The position numbers were made by a program, and so were the translations under genes. The notes under the pieces are model-generated. The model was not told the DNA's origin. It ran no database searches and worked only from the letters and a program-made list of their open reading frames with translations. From NCBI RefSeq assembly GCF_000014785.1, contig NC_008340.1:1980001-2012000 (forward strand): a stretch of 32,000 bases of DNA. The letters run 5' to 3'. Position 1 is the first letter of the stretch; the number at the start of each line of letters is the position of its first letter. This stretch comes from Alkalilimnicola ehrlichii MLHE-1. Lineage in GTDB: Bacteria; Pseudomonadota; Gammaproteobacteria; Nitrococcales; Halorhodospiraceae. Positions 1-8,740 of the stretch are shown one piece after another.

Positions 1-417
1 AACTTCAACCGGCTGCGCCGCTACAGCACCGAGCTGACCCTGACCTACCCCGATGCCCCGGCCGGCGACAGCCGCCACACGGTGCGCATCCGGGTGGTCC
101 GGGTACACCCCCATGTGGCCATCCACTACTTCAAGCGTGACCGTGACGCGTACATGTACCTGAACCACGGCCTGGACGACCGGGGCTACCGCTACTACCA
201 CGCGGTGCAGTTCCCGGTGATCGGGATGAAGACCTACATTACCGAGCACGCCATGGACAATGACGGGGAGATCGCACCCCGCGAGCTCCTGGACGAGGAC
301 GCCCGCCGCATCCTGGCGCTGCAGCTTTCCGAGATCGACCGCTACGGCGGCATCGCCGCCTATGCGGCCATGCTGGAGAAACGCGGCTACTTCCCGGCGA
401 CGGGCCCGGGCATCTGA
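1..417 (+). CDS. Hypothetical protein, C-terminal fragment (5' end outside the window)
   Basis: Frame 1 is open from base 1 with no stop before 415-417, so the GTG at 82 in the ORF track is probably not the real start. Codons 1-81 show strong G/C third-position bias. I recognise no family motif in the 138 aa. Confidence 0.6.
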   Translation, partial: NFNRLRRYSTELTLTYPDAPAGDSRHTVRIRVVRVHPHVAIHYFKRDRDAYMYLNHGLDDRGYRYYHAVQFPVIGMKTYITEHAMDNDGEIAPRELLDEDARRILALQLSEIDRYGGIAAYAAMLEKRGYFPATGPGI

Positions 418-476
418 CAGGCCGCAATGAGGCGGCCGCAACGCCAGACGGGCAGGGACGACCACAGGGTGAGCCG

Positions 477-1454
477 ATGAAACTGTTCGCACTCAACGCC
501 AGTCGGGATTTCGGTGCCCGCGTGGCCGAGGCCCTGGGATCGCCCCTGGCCGAGCACGAGGAGCGCGAGTTCGAGGACGGTGAGCACAAGGCGCGCCCGC
601 TGACCGGCGTACGCGGCGAGGACGTCTACGTCCTGCAGAGCCTGCACGGCGACCCGGCGCAGGGGGTGAACGAGCGCCTGGCGCGCCTGCTGTTCTTTCT
701 GGCCACCGTGCGCCAGGCCGGCGCGGCCCGGGTCACCGCCGTCATCCCCTACCTCGCCTACGCCCGCAAGGACCGCCAGACCAAGCCGCGCGACCCGGTC
801 ACCACCCGCTACCTGGCGCAGTTGCTCGAGGCCATGGGCATCGACGCGGTGATCACCCTGGAGGTGCACAACCGGGCGGCCTTCCAGAACGCCTTCCGCT
901 GCCAGGCCCATCCGCTGGACACCCGCCGCTTGTTCGCCGCCCACATCCGCGGGCGCTGCGAGAACGACCCGGTGGTGGTCGCCTCCCCCGACCCGGGCGG
1001 CGTCAAGCGCGCGCAGGGCTTTCAGGAGACCCTGGCCGCCCTGCTGGACCGGCCGGTGGGCGCGGCGTTCGTGGAGAAGCGGCGCAGCGAGGGGGTGGTG
1101 AGCGGTGAGGCCCTGGTGGGCGACGTGGCCGGGGCCTCGGTGTGGCTGATGGATGATCTGATCAGCAGCGGCGGTACCCTGGCCCGCGCCGCCGCGGCCT
1201 GCCGGCGTCAGGGCGCAGCGCGGGTGGTCGGGCTGGCCGCCCACGGGCTGTTCACCGGTGACGCCGGGCGGGTGCTCAGTGACTCCGCGCTGGAGCGGAT
1301 CCTCATCACCGACACCGTCCCCCCCGACCGCCTCGACCCCGCGGTGGCGGAGCAACGCCTGGAGATTGTCAGCGCCGCGCCGCTGTTCGCGGAGGCCATC
1401 CGCCGCACCCACAAGGGCGGCTCGCTCACCGAGTTGCTGGAGGGCCCAGGTTAG
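477..1454 (+). CDS. prs: Ribose-phosphate pyrophosphokinase (PRPP synthetase) family protein
   Basis: ATG at 477 preceded by AGGGTGAG. 325 aa with the Prs layout: FEDGE..., VYVLQSL, IPYLAYARKDRQ (Prs-type YARQDR region) and the PRPP-binding loop VWLMDDLISSGGTL. Probably a paralog rather than the essential prs. Confidence 0.88.
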   Translation: MKLFALNASRDFGARVAEALGSPLAEHEEREFEDGEHKARPLTGVRGEDVYVLQSLHGDPAQGVNERLARLLFFLATVRQAGAARVTAVIPYLAYARKDRQTKPRDPVTTRYLAQLLEAMGIDAVITLEVHNRAAFQNAFRCQAHPLDTRRLFAAHIRGRCENDPVVVASPDPGGVKRAQGFQETLAALLDRPVGAAFVEKRRSEGVVSGEALVGDVAGASVWLMDDLISSGGTLARAAAACRRQGAARVVGLAAHGLFTGDAGRVLSDSALERILITDTVPPDRLDPAVAEQRLEIVSAAPLFAEAIRRTHKGGSLTELLEGPG

Positions 1455-2487
1455 CCGCGGCCCTTTCAGCCAGGGACAGGTAGTCGGCGGCCAGCGGCAC
1501 CCACCGCTCCGGGCTGCGCGGGTCGGGTTCCAGCAGGTGGGCGAGCGCCAGGCGCGCCCGCAGGCAAGCCCGGTACGCAGTGTAGAAGGCCAGCAGCGGG
1601 GCGCCGGGGTGGTCATCCAGGGCCTCGCCGCACTGGCGGATCAGTCGCGGGCCGATCCAGGGCGCCCCCAGCCGGTCGCACTCCATACCCAGGAAGGCCA
1701 GCTCGTCGAAAGGGTCTACCTGACGGAGGGCAAGGCTGAACTCCAGGCCGTCGATCACTACCGGGGTATCACACAGGCAGACGTGCTCCGGGCGCAGATC
1801 GCCATGCCCCTCCACGATTCGCCCCGCCCGCGCCCTCTCACGCAGGGCCGGCGCCCCCGCCTCCAGCCACCGGTCCAGCGCGTCCAATACCCGCTGGAGG
1901 GCGCCTTTGGGCAGCGCGAAACGCGGGTCGGTGAGCACCGCCCGATTCCTCGCATGCTCGCCAGCGAAACGCTGCAGATACGTCTGCGGCGAGACCGGCT
2001 CCGGTGCCAGGCCTCGGTAGAACCCTGACAGCCGCTCACCAAGCCGGTCGATCCGCTCCCGGTCCACCGCCCCGGCCGCGATGGCGTTATCCAGCATCCG
2101 CTCCGCCGGCAGCCGCCGCATGACCACCAGCCAGTCCACCGTCCGCCCCCCGCCCTGCAACGCCAGCCGCCCATCGGCCGTCACCGTCAGCGCCGAGACA
2201 CCGAGGTAGACATCCGGCGCCAGCCGCCGGTTGAGCCGGACCTCCTCGCGGCAGAGAAACTCCCGACCCCACAAAAAGCGCCCATCACGGCGGGGATACC
2301 GCAACGGTTTCTTCAGCTTGTAGACCCGATCTCCGGCCAGGAACACCCAGGACATATGGGTCTCGCGCACCGTTACCCTGCCCTGGACGTCGGGGTAGGC
2401 ATCGCTGTCGGCGAGAAAGGCCACCTTGTCCCGCAACGGGACCGGACCCGGACCATCGGACGGGCTGTCTATCCATTCCTGTGCCAT
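1426..2487 (-). CDS. Kinase-fold phosphotransferase (aminoglycoside-phosphotransferase-like) family protein
   Basis: Carries the catalytic-loop motif HGDLRPEHVCL typical of the APH/choline-kinase fold. ATG at 2487 (MAQEW...) has a GGAGA about 14 nt upstream; the alternative start at 2544 adds 19 aa. The 3' end overlaps the convergent prs by 29 nt (1426-1454). Confidence 0.72.
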   Translation of the reverse strand: MAQEWIDSPSDGPGPVPLRDKVAFLADSDAYPDVQGRVTVRETHMSWVFLAGDRVYKLKKPLRYPRRDGRFLWGREFLCREEVRLNRRLAPDVYLGVSALTVTADGRLALQGGGRTVDWLVVMRRLPAERMLDNAIAAGAVDRERIDRLGERLSGFYRGLAPEPVSPQTYLQRFAGEHARNRAVLTDPRFALPKGALQRVLDALDRWLEAGAPALRERARAGRIVEGHGDLRPEHVCLCDTPVVIDGLEFSLALRQVDPFDELAFLGMECDRLGAPWIGPRLIRQCGEALDDHPGAPLLAFYTAYRACLRARLALAHLLEPDPRSPERWVPLAADYLSLAERAAANLGPPATR

Positions 2488-2618
2488 GGGCGCGCTGTTG
2501 TCTCCGGGTTCAGACGGGCGCACACCGCCGGTGCGGTGCCGCATTGCTGCTAATCTTCATAGTAGGCGTCTACCCGCGGTATGCCCCCCTACCCATGCTG
2601 ACAGCAGCCGGTGATACC

Positions 2619-3284
2619 ATGAACGGCTTTCAGGGATTCAGTGACCGTACCGAGGCCGGCCGGGCCCTGGCCCGGGAGCTGGTGGCCCGTGACTACCCCC
2701 GCCCGGTCGTCTACGCCCTGCCGCGGGGGGGCGTACCGGTGGCCTTCGAGGTGGCCGAGGCGCTGGATGCGCCGCTGGATTTGTTGATGGTCCGCAAGAT
2801 CGGGGTGCCCTGGCAGCCCGAACTGGCCCTGGCGGCCGTCGTCAACGGGGATCGACCGGAGGTCGTCATCAACGAGGATGTGTGGCGCGCCGTGCGCGTG
2901 AGCGAGGAGGCGTTTGAGCGCGCCAAGGCGCAGGAGCTCGAAACCATACGCCAGCGCCGCGCCCTCTACCTCCAGGGCCGCGAGCGCCCCTCCGCGGCCG
3001 GGGCCACCGCCATCGTCATCGACGACGGCATCGCCACCGGCGCCACCATGCGGGTCGCGCTCAAGGCCCTGCGCCGTGCCAGCCCCGAGCGGCTGATCCT
3101 CGCCGTGCCCGTGGCCCCCGCCGATACCGTGGTCCGGTTGCGCGCGGAGGTGGACGAGCTCATCTGCCTGGCCACTCCGACCCCCTTCCAGGCCATCGGC
3201 CTGCACTACCGGGACTTCCACCAGGTGAGTGACGACGAGGTCATCGTCCTGCTCGACCGGCGCCAGGGCGCGGCGGCCCGCTGA
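2619..3284 (+). CDS. Phosphoribosyltransferase family protein
   Basis: From ATG 2619 (MNGFQGFSDRTEAGRALA...) the protein shows the type-I PRTase pattern: VYALPRGGVPVA and the PRPP loop AIVIDDGIATGATM. The ORF-track start at GTG 2481 adds a Cys/Arg-rich extension that looks non-coding. Confidence 0.85.
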   Translation: MNGFQGFSDRTEAGRALARELVARDYPRPVVYALPRGGVPVAFEVAEALDAPLDLLMVRKIGVPWQPELALAAVVNGDRPEVVINEDVWRAVRVSEEAFERAKAQELETIRQRRALYLQGRERPSAAGATAIVIDDGIATGATMRVALKALRRASPERLILAVPVAPADTVVRLRAEVDELICLATPTPFQAIGLHYRDFHQVSDDEVIVLLDRRQGAAAR

Positions 3285-3308
3285 CCCGGCCTGGCCACCG
3301 GGCCGTTC

Positions 3309-4436
3309 TCACCGCCAGTGCAGCGCCAGGCGACCGTCCGCGCTCACGGTCACCGAGGTGCCCAGCGCCCGTCCCTCGCGGTCCAGCACCGCGGCCAGCC
3401 ATTCGGCGTCCGCCCGCTTCGCCCGGTGCAGCCGGAAGTTCCGGATCTGCAGCGGTACCAGGGTAAGGGCCCGCAGCCGGCCGTCGGCGAGCGCCAGTGC
3501 TGGGAGGTACATCAGCACCAAGTCGCCGCGGAAGGCCTCATGGCCACCGATCCCCTCGTAGTCATTGAGGAAATCACCACAACCGTAGAGGATCAGGCGG
3601 TCCTTGTAGACCTCGATACCGCGCACATGATGGGAAGAGTGACCCCAGACCAGATCGACCCCGGCCCGATCGATCAGCGCGTGGGCAAACACCCGATGTG
3701 CCCGGGGGATGGCGTAGCCCCAGTTGGAGCCCCAGTGCAGCGAGACCGCCACCACGTCGCCGGGTCGGCGCTCACGGCGGACGGCCTCGGCCAGCAGGGT
3801 CACGGCCTCATCCGAGGGCCGGGGCAACACATTGACGCCCGGCTGCTCCTCGGTGGCCGCCCAGGCCGCCGGCACTCCGCTGCTGGGCATACCCAGCGCG
3901 TACAGCACCAGCCGCCCACCGGGCACCCCAAATACCGTCGGCGCCGCCGCCTCCCGCCGGTCCCGACCGGCCCCGACATAACGGATGCCCGCCCGGTCCA
4001 GTGCCTCCAGCGTCTCCAGCAAACCGGCCCGGCCCCAGTCCAGCACGTGGTTGTTGGCGAGGACGCAACCGTCCACGCCAGCCGCCTGCAGCAGCGGCAC
4101 ATTACCCGGGTGCATGCGGTAATGGATGCCCTTGGGCTCGGGGTCGTCGCAGGTGGTGACCGCCGTCTCCAGGTTGATCAGGCGCGGCGCCGGCGCCCAC
4201 GCCCGCAGCTCCGCCAGGGCATCGCCCCAGACATAGGCGTAATCCACCGGTCTGGGTATCGGCCCGTTTGCCCGCTCCGCGAGCGCCACATACCCCTCGG
4301 CCGAGTCCATCACCGGCTCGTAAATCCGCGGATCCACCGAGTGCGGCAGCACCTGGTCGATGCCACGACCGGTCATCACATCCCCCGCGAGGAAAAGCGT
4401 TGCGCTGTGCTCCACCGGACGACTCCATCGACCCAT
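3309..4436 (-). CDS. CapA-family (poly-gamma-glutamate capsule synthesis-like) metallophosphatase
   Basis: 375 aa with FLAGDVMTGRGID, INLETAV, ANNHVLDWG, VGAG and HWG/GHSSHH motifs characteristic of the PGA_cap/CapA calcineurin-like family. Confidence 0.82.
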   Translation of the reverse strand: MGRWSRPVEHSATLFLAGDVMTGRGIDQVLPHSVDPRIYEPVMDSAEGYVALAERANGPIPRPVDYAYVWGDALAELRAWAPAPRLINLETAVTTCDDPEPKGIHYRMHPGNVPLLQAAGVDGCVLANNHVLDWGRAGLLETLEALDRAGIRYVGAGRDRREAAAPTVFGVPGGRLVLYALGMPSSGVPAAWAATEEQPGVNVLPRPSDEAVTLLAEAVRRERRPGDVVAVSLHWGSNWGYAIPRAHRVFAHALIDRAGVDLVWGHSSHHVRGIEVYKDRLILYGCGDFLNDYEGIGGHEAFRGDLVLMYLPALALADGRLRALTLVPLQIRNFRLHRAKRADAEWLAAVLDREGRALGTSVTVSADGRLALHWR

Positions 4437-4488
4437 GACGTTACTATGGCAGACAGCCTGGGACCGTGGGGACGAGCCGGGCGGGGGC

Positions 4489-5379
4489 TTACAGGTTCAC
4501 CCCCGCATCCTCGATCTCCGGCAACGGGGCGGCCTCGCCCGCCGCCGCCTGGCGCAGCCATACGATCTCACGCGCCCAACCCTCCGGTCCGGCCGGGGTC
4601 TCCAGGAACATGGGCAGGTGGCGGGTGCGCGGGTCGGTAACCGCGCGGCGGAAGGCCTCGGCGCCGATCTCGCCCCGCCCGATCAGGGCATGGCGGTCCT
4701 TGCGCGAGTCGAAGGGCACTTTGGAGTCGTTCAGGTGCAGCGCCACCAGCCGATCCAGGCCGAGGATGCGGTCGAACTCGCTCCAGGTCTTTTCCCAGCC
4801 CGCCTCGGTGTGAATCGGGTAGCCGGCGGCAAAGGCGTGGGCGGTGTCCACGCAAACACCGAAGCGCTCCGGGCTCTCGAGCAGGTCCAGGATCGCGCGC
4901 AGTTCCTCGAAACTGCGACCCAGGGTGGTGCCCTGCCCGGCCACATTCTCTAGCACCAGGCAGACGTCGGTCTTGTCCGGGTGGGCGCGGCAGATCTCGT
5001 TGAGCGCGTGGGCAATCTGCTGGATGCCGGTCTCCACCCCTTTGCCCACGTGGGCCCCGGGGTGGAAGTTCAGCAGTTCCACGCCCAGCTTGTGGCAACG
5101 GAGCAGCTCCTGCTCGAAGGCGTCATAGGTCTTGGCGAACTTCTCCGGATCGGTGGTGCCCAGGTTGAGCAGGTAGGAGGCGTGGCTCATCACCGCGCCG
5201 ATCCCACAGGCCTCGCGGTTGGCCCGGAAGGCGGTGGCCTCCTCGTCACTGATGGGCTTGACCCGCCACTGCCGCTGGTTGCGAGTGAAGATCTGAATGC
5301 AGTCGCAGCCGATCTCCCGGCCCCGCTCGGGGGCGTTCTGCGGGCCACCGGCCGCCGATACATGGGCGCCTAGCTGCAT
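4489..5379 (-). CDS. nfo: Deoxyribonuclease IV (endonuclease IV, AP endonuclease family 2)
   Basis: From ATG 5379 (GAGGA upstream) the protein reads MQLGAHVSAAGG...IQIFTRNQRQW...HASYLLNL...NFHPGAH...VLENVAGQG...VCVDTAHAFAAGY...LHLNDSK...DRHALIGRGEIG, the full set of Nfo metal-binding motifs. The ORF-track extension to 5493 is Arg/Pro-rich and unlikely to be coding. Confidence 0.92.
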   Translation of the reverse strand: MQLGAHVSAAGGPQNAPERGREIGCDCIQIFTRNQRQWRVKPISDEEATAFRANREACGIGAVMSHASYLLNLGTTDPEKFAKTYDAFEQELLRCHKLGVELLNFHPGAHVGKGVETGIQQIAHALNEICRAHPDKTDVCLVLENVAGQGTTLGRSFEELRAILDLLESPERFGVCVDTAHAFAAGYPIHTEAGWEKTWSEFDRILGLDRLVALHLNDSKVPFDSRKDRHALIGRGEIGAEAFRRAVTDPRTRHLPMFLETPAGPEGWAREIVWLRQAAAGEAAPLPEIEDAGVNL

Positions 5380-5474
5380 GGTTGAGTCCTCTTCTGCCGG
5401 CTTCGGCCACCATGGCCGAGGAACGAGGCGGTACCTTACCGGGGCACCCGGTTTCAGGGAAGCCCGCCGGCCCC

Positions 5475-6428
5475 TCAGCCGCCGCCGGGCCAAACCTCCG
5501 GAAAGGGGGCCGGGGACGGTTCCGCCTCCTGCAGCTCTCGCTGGTGGGTGTATTCCTGCTGCTTCTGCTCGATATAGGTATCGCGCTCCAGCTCGCGCAA
5601 CTGGTGGGCGTAACGGTCGGTGAGCTCAAACCAGCGCTCCAGGCTGGCCGGCAGGCGCTCCGCCTCGGGCAGCGCCCGGGTCTCCAGGTGAGTCTGCAGG
5701 GCCAGGTAGAACCGCATGACGTTGCGCTCGAACATCCCACGCGCGCCGTCCACGTAGACCGGCTCCCCCGCCTCGTCATGGGACATAACGGTGAAGCCCA
5801 CCTTGTCCCGGCCGGCGGTGGCGAAGTAGACCCGCATGGCCAGGCGGGCGCGCACACCGAACGACAGGGCGTAGCGCAGTCGCAACAGGCTCTGGTCGGC
5901 CCCGTGCGGCACCGCCTCCAGGACCAGGCGGTAATCGCGGGTGCCGTAGGGGCCGCGGTCGCCCTCCAGCACCACCTCCAGCCGCTGCTCGCTGTCCACC
6001 TGCAACCGCATCTGCAGATCCACTGCATTGGCCTCGGCCGGCGGATGGTAGTGGCGACGACCGACGTACAGGCGCAGGGCGGCATCGGCCCCGTCCACGG
6101 GTTGGTGCACACAGGCCTTGACGTTCTGGTGCAGAAAGACGATCTCGCACCAGGCGGCCGGTTCGCTGAGCACCGATTTGAGCTCCGGGAAGGGGAACGG
6201 CACCCGGGCATAGGCGGTGCCCTCAACGGCGTCATGCCGTTGCTCGGAGACCACCTGCAGCGGCTCGTCGAAGGGGGTCTCGGCGATGGCTTGCAGCCAG
6301 GTCGCCGGCTCGTCCCGCGCCATGACCCCGGTTGCCAAGCCCAGTAGAATGATCAGCAATACGCCGGCCGTCCGGCAGGCCCACACGCGGGCCGTTTGCG
6401 GCCCTGAAGCGGTAAGGCGCTCGTGCAT
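5475..6428 (-). CDS. Hypothetical exported protein
   Basis: ATG at 6428 gives MHERL...RTAGVLLIILLGLATGVMARDEP, a signal-peptide/anchor-like N-terminus, and avoids the overlap with the divergent peptidase gene that the 6806 start would create. The C-terminus is charged and coiled-coil-like (ELERDTYIEQKQQEY). No family recognised. Confidence 0.6.
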   Translation of the reverse strand: MHERLTASGPQTARVWACRTAGVLLIILLGLATGVMARDEPATWLQAIAETPFDEPLQVVSEQRHDAVEGTAYARVPFPFPELKSVLSEPAAWCEIVFLHQNVKACVHQPVDGADAALRLYVGRRHYHPPAEANAVDLQMRLQVDSEQRLEVVLEGDRGPYGTRDYRLVLEAVPHGADQSLLRLRYALSFGVRARLAMRVYFATAGRDKVGFTVMSHDEAGEPVYVDGARGMFERNVMRFYLALQTHLETRALPEAERLPASLERWFELTDRYAHQLRELERDTYIEQKQQEYTHQRELQEAEPSPAPFPEVWPGGG

Positions 6429-6521
6429 GGGGTTCACCGTCGGGAATGCCGATTTCCACTTCCAGAGTAGCCGCATTCCGCCGCCGACGCCCGCCACTCC
6501 AGCAACAGGGACACCAGGACC

Positions 6522-7946
6522 ATGAGCAGTGAAGCGATCCGAAAGTACGTGGACGCCCTCTGGGGCGACACCATCACAGAGGCGCTCAGTGAGTTCATCC
6601 GCATCCCGGCCAAATCCCCTCACTTCGACCCGCACTGGGCGGAAAACGGCCACCTGGACGCCGCCGTCGCCCTGGCCGAGGACTGGTGCCACTGCCATGC
6701 GCCCACCGACACCCGCATCGAGGTAGTGCGCCTGCCCGGGCGAACGCCGCTGCTGCTGGTGGACATACCGGGCCAGGCCCCGGGCGGGGTATTGCTCTAC
6801 GGCCACCTGGACAAGCAGCCGGAGATGGCCGGGTGGGATGCCGACAAAGGCCCCTGGACCCCCGTGGTCCAGGACGACCGGCTCTACGGCCGGGGCAGCG
6901 TCGACGACGGCTACGCCCTGTTCAGCTCACTGGCCGCGGTGCTCGCCCTGCGCGACCAGGGCCTGCCCCACGCCCGCTGCACGTTGCTGATCGAGACCTG
7001 CGAGGAGAGTGGCAGCTACGACCTGCCCCACTATCTGGAGGCCCTGGGCGATCGCCTGGGTCAACCGGACCTGGTGGTCTGCCTGGACTCGGGCTGCGGC
7101 AACTACGAACAGCTCTGGTGCACCACCTCACTGCGCGGGGTGGCCGCGGGCACGCTGAGCGTGGAGGTGCTGACCGAAGGGGTACACTCCGGTGACGCCG
7201 GCGGGGTCATCCCCTCCAGTTTCCGGGTGGCGCGCCGATTGCTGGAGCGGCTCGAGGATGCCGGGGACGGGCGCATCCTCCCGGCAGCCTTCAATGCAGA
7301 GATCCCGGCCACCCGGCGCCGGCAGGCGGCCCAGGCCGCCGGGGTATTGAGCGATACCACCTTCCGGCGCTTTCCCCGGGTGCCCGGCCTGCGACCCGAT
7401 GTGGAGGACCCGGCCGAGCTCATCCTGAACCGCACCTGGCGTCCGGCACTGGAGGTGGTCGGTGCCTCGGGCCTGCCCGAGCCGGACGACGCCGGTAACG
7501 TCCTGCGCACCGGCACCGCCCTCAAGCTCTCCCTGCGACTGCCACCCACCGTGGATGCGGAGGCGGCCACCCGCGCCCTTGATGAACTGCTGACCAGCGA
7601 CCCGCCGGCCGGCGCCCGCCTGCACTTCGAACCCAGCCAGGCCTCCAATGGCTGGCATGCGCCGGACTTCGCCCCCTGGCTGGGCGAGGCGCTGGACCGC
7701 GCCTCTCGACGGCATTTCAACGCCCCGGCGGTGCACATGGGCGAAGGCGGCGCCATCCCCTTCATGGGGCTGCTGGCCGAGACCTTCCCGCAGGCGCAAT
7801 TCCTGGTCACCGGTGCGCTGGGCCCCGGGGCCAACGCCCACGGCCCCAACGAATTCCTGCACCTGCCCATGGCCCGCAAGCTCACCGCCTGCGTGGCCGA
7901 GGTGCTGCACGAGCACGCCGTCCAGGGACTCGCCCGGGCCGACTGA
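6522..7946 (+). CDS. M20/M25/M40 family metallopeptidase (dipeptidase-like)
   Basis: 474 aa with LLYGHLDKQP, LYGRGSVDDGY, ETCEESGS and GEGGAIPF motifs typical of the M20 dimetal peptidase family. Confidence 0.87.
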   Translation: MSSEAIRKYVDALWGDTITEALSEFIRIPAKSPHFDPHWAENGHLDAAVALAEDWCHCHAPTDTRIEVVRLPGRTPLLLVDIPGQAPGGVLLYGHLDKQPEMAGWDADKGPWTPVVQDDRLYGRGSVDDGYALFSSLAAVLALRDQGLPHARCTLLIETCEESGSYDLPHYLEALGDRLGQPDLVVCLDSGCGNYEQLWCTTSLRGVAAGTLSVEVLTEGVHSGDAGGVIPSSFRVARRLLERLEDAGDGRILPAAFNAEIPATRRRQAAQAAGVLSDTTFRRFPRVPGLRPDVEDPAELILNRTWRPALEVVGASGLPEPDDAGNVLRTGTALKLSLRLPPTVDAEAATRALDELLTSDPPAGARLHFEPSQASNGWHAPDFAPWLGEALDRASRRHFNAPAVHMGEGGAIPFMGLLAETFPQAQFLVTGALGPGANAHGPNEFLHLPMARKLTACVAEVLHEHAVQGLARAD

Positions 7947-7970
7947 ACCGTGTTCGGGAACCGCAAGGCC

Positions 7971-7997
7971 CGGGTGCCGGGCACCACGCCCGGCACC
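7971..7997. terminator. GC-rich perfect hairpin between convergent genes (candidate bidirectional terminator, no U-tract)
   Basis: gggtgccgggc (7971-7981) and gcccggcaccc (7987-7997) are exact reverse complements around a 5-nt loop. The hairpin lies between the peptidase stop (7946) and the PhoU-like stop (8021). Neither side has a T-run. Confidence 0.4.
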
Positions 7998-8020
7998 CAA
8001 CGCTGGGCGTACCGCCCCTG

Positions 8021-8713
8021 TCAGCGCCGGGCCCGTTCCGAGGCCTCCTTCTCCGGATAGAAGTCCAGATCCTCGAGCCGCCCCAGCACCGCGGTGGCGA
8101 TATTGGCCAGGTGCCCGGCCACCCGTTTGTAGTGACGGGCGAGCAGCGAGTAGGCCATGGCCTCGTGGAACTCGATCTCGCCCTCGTCGTGGAAGAGCTC
8201 CGCGATCACCTCGTCGCAGCTCCTGCGGATCTCCCCGGCCTGCGCCAGCGCCTTGCCGGCCGCCGCCTCATCGGAGCGGGCCGTGGCCGCGATCACCCGG
8301 CTGAACATGCCGCGCATCGCCTCGGCCATGCGGTCCAGCGGGGCCTGATACTTGTCCACGTGGAAGCCCTCGGTGTAGAGGCAACCGATCTCGAAGACGT
8401 TCTTGCAATAGTCGCCAATGCGCTCGGCATCCTTCGCCACGCTCATCAACGCCAGGCAGATGGCCACATCGTGGCCGGGGTTCACGGTCAGGTGGCGCAA
8501 TACCTTGCGCCGAATGGAACGCTCCAGCTCATTAATGGACTGGTCGCGGTCGTAGAGCGGCTGGCGCACCTCGTCGGCCGGGGTCTCGCTGTAGAGCACC
8601 TCGTTGGCGCGGGCGAACATCCAGGCGCCGTGTTCCAGCATGCGGGTCAGGTCCTCAAAGGCCCGGTCCAGGGTGTTCTCCGAGGTCAGCGCGCTGTAGA
8701 GCTGTCGAAACAT
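8021..8713 (-). CDS. PhoU-domain protein (Na/Pi transporter-associated regulator-like)
   Basis: 230 aa with two PhoU-type repeats (AKDAERIGDYCKNV and ARHYKRVAGHLANIA). It lies 27 nt downstream of the Na/Pi cotransporter gene on the same strand. Confidence 0.8.
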   Translation of the reverse strand: MFRQLYSALTSENTLDRAFEDLTRMLEHGAWMFARANEVLYSETPADEVRQPLYDRDQSINELERSIRRKVLRHLTVNPGHDVAICLALMSVAKDAERIGDYCKNVFEIGCLYTEGFHVDKYQAPLDRMAEAMRGMFSRVIAATARSDEAAAGKALAQAGEIRRSCDEVIAELFHDEGEIEFHEAMAYSLLARHYKRVAGHLANIATAVLGRLEDLDFYPEKEASERARR

Positions 8714-8740
8714 GGGGAAAACCTCGCGTCAGGCCGCGCC

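Noticed and set aside
387-1616. Long antisense or off-frame ORFs throughout the window. Examples: 387-1616(-), 3318-4640(+), 5246-6235(-), 5382-6347(+), 7103-8000(-), 8930-9937(+), 11676-13715(+), 12622-14007(+), 16377-18365(+), 18467-20053(+), 20443-21690(+), 21895-23097(+), 23021-24244(+), 24665-26998(+), 28168-28965(+), 29274-30167(+).
   Set aside because: Their translations are Arg/Gly/Pro/Ala/His/Gln-rich low complexity with no motifs. Each lies opposite to, or out of frame with, an ORF that has clear family motifs. Open shadow frames like these are expected at this GC content.
5380-5493. N-terminal extensions proposed by the ORF track for nfo (to 5493), the exported protein (to 6806), the PRTase (from 2481), the large J paralog (to 23118) and the gpI-like gene (to 20104).
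   Set aside because: The extensions are Arg/Pro/Cys-rich, overlap neighbouring genes or intergenic SD sites, and precede internal ATG codons that give canonical family N-termini with upstream SD sequences or stop-start coupling.
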